Source: Candidatus Altimarinota bacterium
GTDB taxonomy: Bacteria; Patescibacteriota; Gracilibacteria; BD1-5; UBA2023
Direction: 5' to 3'
Assembly: GCA_043787675.1 (NCBI GenBank)
Contig: JAYVUT010000003.1
Coordinates: 2,418-66,417 of the forward strand
Length of the DNA stretch: 64,000 nt
Shown: positions 57,607 through 64,000 of the stretch, piece by piece
Numbering within the stretch: the stretch's first letter is position 1
Layout of the letters: every line of letters starts with the position of its first letter
Notes under the pieces: generated by a model
What the model was told of the DNA's origin: nothing
Seen by the model: only the letters and a program-made list of their open reading frames with translations
Database searches by the model: none
Position numbers and translations under genes: made by a program

Positions 57607-60075
57607 TTATGATCTGATTTCACATCCTACAGATTTCATTTTTTCTATGATATCGGTTTGTATCACGAGAGCCTCGTCATCAGAGATAGTGTGTTCATGA
57701 CTCGTGAGTGAGAATACAAAATTGACACTCTTGCGATCTTTCCCGAGGCGTGACTCATCTCTATATATAGATTCGACGGTGACTGTCGATATCCATGGAT
57801 GATATGACTCAATCAGGATAGATATAGGTCCAGTGTGGACTCTCTCATCCATCACGAAGCTGAGTTCTCGAGGTATCGACTGGAATCTAGAGATCGGAGC
57901 TATATGAGTTTCTTTGTCTGCAAAATGAGATAAGAGAAGTCAAATATCAGCTTCCCAATAGAGTGTCTCTGGTGATATATCAAATGCCTCAGCAGTGGCA
58001 GGATGTACTCGACCGAATCGTATGAATATATTCTCTCATGCCCGATATTCTCCAGATACCCCCGGATGGAGAAATGGGAGACTATTGGACTGATGAAGAG
58101 GTGGAACATATCAGAGTGTCTCTATGAGATATGACTCCAGTGATCTACGGAGTGACTCGATCGTATCAATAGTACTCACGCCTGCTATCATCGGGAGCTC
58201 TCCATATGGTTTGGTATCGATATCTGATAAGAGATCTATCACGACACTCGTATGGGTGAGATTTTTGCTATAGACTCGTCCGATCTCATAGAATCTGAGT
58301 GTATTTGATATGTTGCGATTTTTTGCAATATTATCAAATAATCGTACAGAGAGAGATCTTCGCATATGGGTATAGTCTATATTGAACGCATTCTGTATCG
58401 CAACAGAATCACTCATATCATCGTACCCGATAGCACTATCGAGGGATACATTGGTGAAGCTGTAATTATATACTTCGTTCCAGTTTTGTCCTTTCCAGTA
58501 GTTGAGTGAGATATCTCTGAGTTGCCTATTTATATTTCTTGTACTGATTCCTGAGTTGGACCCGAGAGGTGTAGGAACTATATTTTCATACCCGTATATT
58601 CGGATTACCTCTTCTGCTATATCTTCTTGTATTGATATATCTTTGGATGCTCGCCAAGATGGGACCGCTATAGTGAGATCACGAGTTGTTTGACTGATCA
58701 GATCGAATCCGAGACTTTTTAGTATTTTTATTACTTTTTCAGGAGATATTGAGGTACCTGCTTTCGTATTGATGAACTCATATGTTACATTGAGTATTAT
58801 ATGATTCACTTTTGACTCATTGAGATATGATCCAATTGCTGTTATATTGATATTTTTGTTCAGGAATGTGAGATACTCATATATACGAGGTACCGCAGCA
58901 GACGCAAGGAGTGGGTCGAGTGACTTCTCATACCGTGATGATGCGTCAGTACGCACTCCATGTCGCTGAGCTGAGAGTCGGACAGATACAGCATCGAAAG
59001 TCGCAGATTCCCAGATGACATTTCTCGTTGCGAGTGATACTGCCGAGTCCATACCACCGATGACTCCTGCGAGTGCTATTGGTCAGTTATCATCCGCTAT
59101 CACCATATCTTCAGTGGTGAGCTCATATTCGATTCCATTGAGGGCCAACATCTTCTCGCCAAATTTCGCAAGACGTACTGTGATGATTCCAGCTACTTTT
59201 TCCGCATCGAATACATGCATCGGCTGACCGAACTCGGTGAGTATCAGATTGGTGATATCTACGAGATCCATTTTTGGCGTCAGACCAGCCCGTTCCATCA
59301 TCAGTGATATACCAAAAGGAGATTGACTCACTGAAATATTCTCCATCTTTATTGTGTTGTAGGCGAGACAACGATCTGTTTCTATTTTGAGTTGGAGAGT
59401 TTTTGCTTCTATTTTTGTAGTAGTATCATACTGGGTGAATGGCAGATCAAATATAGCTCCCCACTCTCTCGCATTCCCATATACGCCGAATAAATCGGGA
59501 CGGTTGGTGATGAACTTGTTATCGATCTCGAATGTTGTATCTCGTAGAGTATAGTTATATATCTCTCCAGATATCCCTGGGAATGGCAATGTCAGGTCAA
59601 AAATGGACTTCCCAATCATTGATTCGAGGATACCCGCATCCCATATCTTCTCGAGTATCATGATCCCACCATCTGACTCCATAGCGAGTCCGATCTCATC
59701 AGCTCCACAGATCATCCCACGACTCATCATCCCTGCCATCTTGCGTTCTCCGATAACGAAGTCTCCTCCCAATACAGCACCGACCATCGCCACTGGTACA
59801 TAGGTAGCCTCGACTATATTCGCAGCTCCTGTGAGTATAGTCTCCTCCCCATACTCACCGAGATAGACTCGTACGATAGAGAGCTTGGTGCTATCAGGGT
59901 GTTTTGAGCATGATATGACTCGACCTACGACAACCTTGTCGAGAAAATGAGACTCGATACCATCGATCTCAGCGGTATGGATCGAGTACTTATGTGCGAG
60001 TTCGGTGGTATTATTTTTGCTTAGTAGCGATGCGAGTGGTGTATAGAGTGAGATCCAGTTGAGCGGGGTTTTCAT
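57607..60075 (-). CDS. pheT: Phenylalanyl-tRNA synthetase beta subunit
   Basis: ATG 60075. N-terminus MKTPLNWISLY with the tRNA-binding domain VVVGRVISCSKHPDSTKL. Fragments 59083-60075, 58111-59052 and 57607-57855 share a frame. TAA stop at 57607-57609. Confidence 0.95.
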
Positions 60076-60211
60076 AGAGATGATGACAAAAAGAGACTAA
60101 AAACTGATATCCAGTATATGAAAATGAGTATATAAATCAATACAAGACGAAAAGTTTGTATTTTTTGCGACTATTGGATATACTTTTTATGTATTTTATT
60201 ATTGTTTGATT

Positions 60212-60601
60212 ATGAGAAAATTATTATTTTTGCTTGTATTGTTTTTTGTAACAATTCTATCCTCTGTCGAACTATATGCTGATGAGACTGCCGGGATACT
60301 ATGAGCCAATAATAGTATCACTGATACTGATCTCCGATCTGGTAATGTAGATATGAATACTATTCCCCAGATTATCGTATCTGTCATACAGACACTCCTG
60401 GCTATAGCTGGTACTGTAGCCATATTCTCCCTCATCTATCATGCTGTGCAGATGCAGATCAACTCTGGTATCACGGGAGATAGCTCTGGAGTCGATAAGG
60501 CAAAAAAATGAATGCAATGAGCACTCGTCGGATTCGTCATTGCTATTGCTGCATGGTTCCTCGTCACACGAGCAGTAGATCTCCTCTCGAGTATTAGCTA
60601 A
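60212..60601 (+). CDS. T4SS-pilin-like (TrbC/VirB2-like) small secreted membrane protein
   Basis: Signal peptide MRKLLFLLVLFFVTILSS, helix IVSVIQTLLAIAGTVAIFSLIY, loop SGITGDSSGVDKAKK-G-MQ-G, and helix ALVGFVIAIAAWFLV. TAA stop at 60599-60601. Confidence 0.7.
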
Positions 60602-60619
60602 TTCCCCATTATTGCATCT

Positions 60620-61072
60620 ATGTTCACTTGGTCATTCGCATCTCGCAGAGATCACTCAGCATCATGGTACCTCGTTGCTATCGTTGTCATCCTGATGCTC
60701 GTCGTCTATGGTATCGTCGAGGGACTCTATCTGATGTCTGTTGTCGCATTTTTGTTTGCCGGAGTATATCTCCTCATGGAGAATAACTCGACTCCAGTAC
60801 TCCAGGTGACCGTGACCGAGAGAGGTATACAGGTTGGGGCATCATTTTATGACTATAGTCAGTTCTCTCGATTTGCGATGGTATCACGAGACAATATTCC
60901 AGCATTTATCCGGCTCTATCCAGTACGCAAGCTCTCCCCTATTATAGATATTCCTCTCTCAGACGAGATATCTCCCATCGATCTGAGATCCTATCTCGCG
61001 AGTATGATGGAGGAGGAACGTAATAATACAATATCCAATGCTGATGCTCTCATCCATGCGATGAAGCTCTAG
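60620..61072 (+). CDS. Hypothetical membrane protein (150 aa: two TM helices plus a soluble C-terminal domain)
   Basis: Intact ATG-to-TAG ORF starting 18 nt after the pilin-like gene. Confidence 0.6.
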   Translation: MFTWSFASRRDHSASWYLVAIVVILMLVVYGIVEGLYLMSVVAFLFAGVYLLMENNSTPVLQVTVTERGIQVGASFYDYSQFSRFAMVSRDNIPAFIRLYPVRKLSPIIDIPLSDEISPIDLRSYLASMMEEERNNTISNADALIHAMKL

Positions 61073-61159
61073 GGAATAAAAAATAAAAAGACCAAAAAGT
61101 TACGCTTTACTTATTGGTCTTTTTTCATATCATAACTCCCGAAATAATCCCATCTCACT

Positions 61160-63070
<1,911 letters not shown>

Positions 63071-63073
63071 TCC

Positions 63074-63106
63074 AAATTTCTCTGAGTTATCTCAGAGAAA
63101 TTTTTA
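63074..63106. terminator. Bidirectional terminator between gyrB and folC
   Basis: 13-bp perfect stem aaatttctctgag / ctcagagaaattt with loop ttat. Confidence 0.75.
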
Positions 63107-64000
63107 TTTGCTCAAGAACTCTCCCATCATATAGAGACTACCGAATACTACGAAAAGATTATTCGGATATCTTTTTGCTTCAACAAAAATATCGTCAGTA
63201 GTCAATATGGTACTATTTTTTCAGAGTTTCTCTACCTCATCTGAGAGGAGTATTGCATCACATACACAGAATCCTTTTGATTTGATGATATTCCAGGATT
63301 CTATCTCTGGGAATATATCGAGTACGAGATGAGCTGATTTTCCTGATTTGAGATTGAACGCATATATGATATTATCCCATTTTCATTTTTCTCACTTGAG
63401 ATATTTTTTGAGTTCCACCATCCCTGCTATATTGTGAGCTCCATCGATGAGGATATTGGTCCTGAGATATTGGAGCCTCCCTGGATGATCGACCTCGAGG
63501 AGAGCCTTTTCGATGATTGCATATGGAGTTCACAAAAATATACCAGCCTCATAGGCAATACGGGCATTGGATATCTGATGACTTCCGAGGAGATTGGTTA
63601 TCACGGATCTCTCCTTTGGATACAGTATTCGAGATTGTCGATCATTCGCTATACTCTCGAGAGTTGTATTTTGTCCATAGAGTATGACAGGGGTTCTGGA
63701 CTTGATGATGCCTCACTTTTCTGTAGCGATCTCCTCTAGAGTATTGCCGAGGAACTCCATATGATCATATGATATACTCGTGATGATCGATATGAGTGGA
63801 GTGATGATATTGGTTGCATCGAGGCGACCTCACATCCCTACTTCCATGATAGCGTATTCACAGCCAATATCTCGAAAATAGAGCAGAGCAAGTAGTGTAC
63901 AACGCTCATAGTATGAGAGTACTCCATCATACTCCATGATCTGAGTGATATATATGACAAAATCAGATTCGGATATCAGTCACTTCTCAGTCTCAAATCG
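63104..64000 (-). CDS. folC: Folylpolyglutamate synthase / dihydrofolate synthase, 5' end outside window
   Basis: The minus frame is open from 64000. [49 protein letters not shown] is the Mur-ligase/FolC core. TAA stop at 63104-63106. Confidence 0.88.

Overview
This 64-kb chromosomal window comes from an AT-rich bacterium that reads UGA as glycine (translation table 25: Gracilibacteria / Absconditabacteria-SR1, CPR). The supplied standard-code ORF track is therefore badly fragmented. When in-frame TGA is read through and only TAA/TAG are accepted as stops, the fragments fuse into about 58 full-length genes with tight spacing and hairpin terminators. In conserved proteins (RpoD, GyrB, ClpP, YchF, AbrB) the TGA codons fall on invariant Gly positions. 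Housekeeping genes: rpoD (partial), dnaE, a DEAD-box helicase, ileS, map, ftsK, ychF, clpP, tyrS, cutA, lspA, nth, an ftsQ-like gene, rbfA, rluD, ndk, lepA, relA/spoT, pheT, gyrB and folC (partial). RNA genes: tRNA-Lys(CUU), tRNA-Gly(GCC), tRNA-Ser(GGA) and tRNA-Gln(CUG). The items most worth follow-up are listed below.
1. A minus-strand envelope module (8391-12251) links T4SS-pilin-like membrane proteins, one of them a triple tandem fusion, to a DUF4381-like protein and a BatA-type vWA protein.
2. The isoleucyl-tRNA synthetase carries an inserted ~190-aa histidine-phosphatase domain and is preceded by a T-box leader whose AUC specifier sits in a hairpin loop.
3. A single 1079-aa type IIG-like restriction-modification / N6-adenine methyltransferase ORF (29106-32345) is invisible under the standard code.
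4. An AbrB - lipoprotein adaptor - RND efflux operon has an unusually long adaptor coiled coil and no outer-membrane factor.
5. A tRNA-Gly/tRNA-Ser locus contains a pseudo-tRNA and duplicated tRNA 3' ends, next to AT-rich orphan genes.
All functional calls rest on motif recognition by eye. No database search was run.
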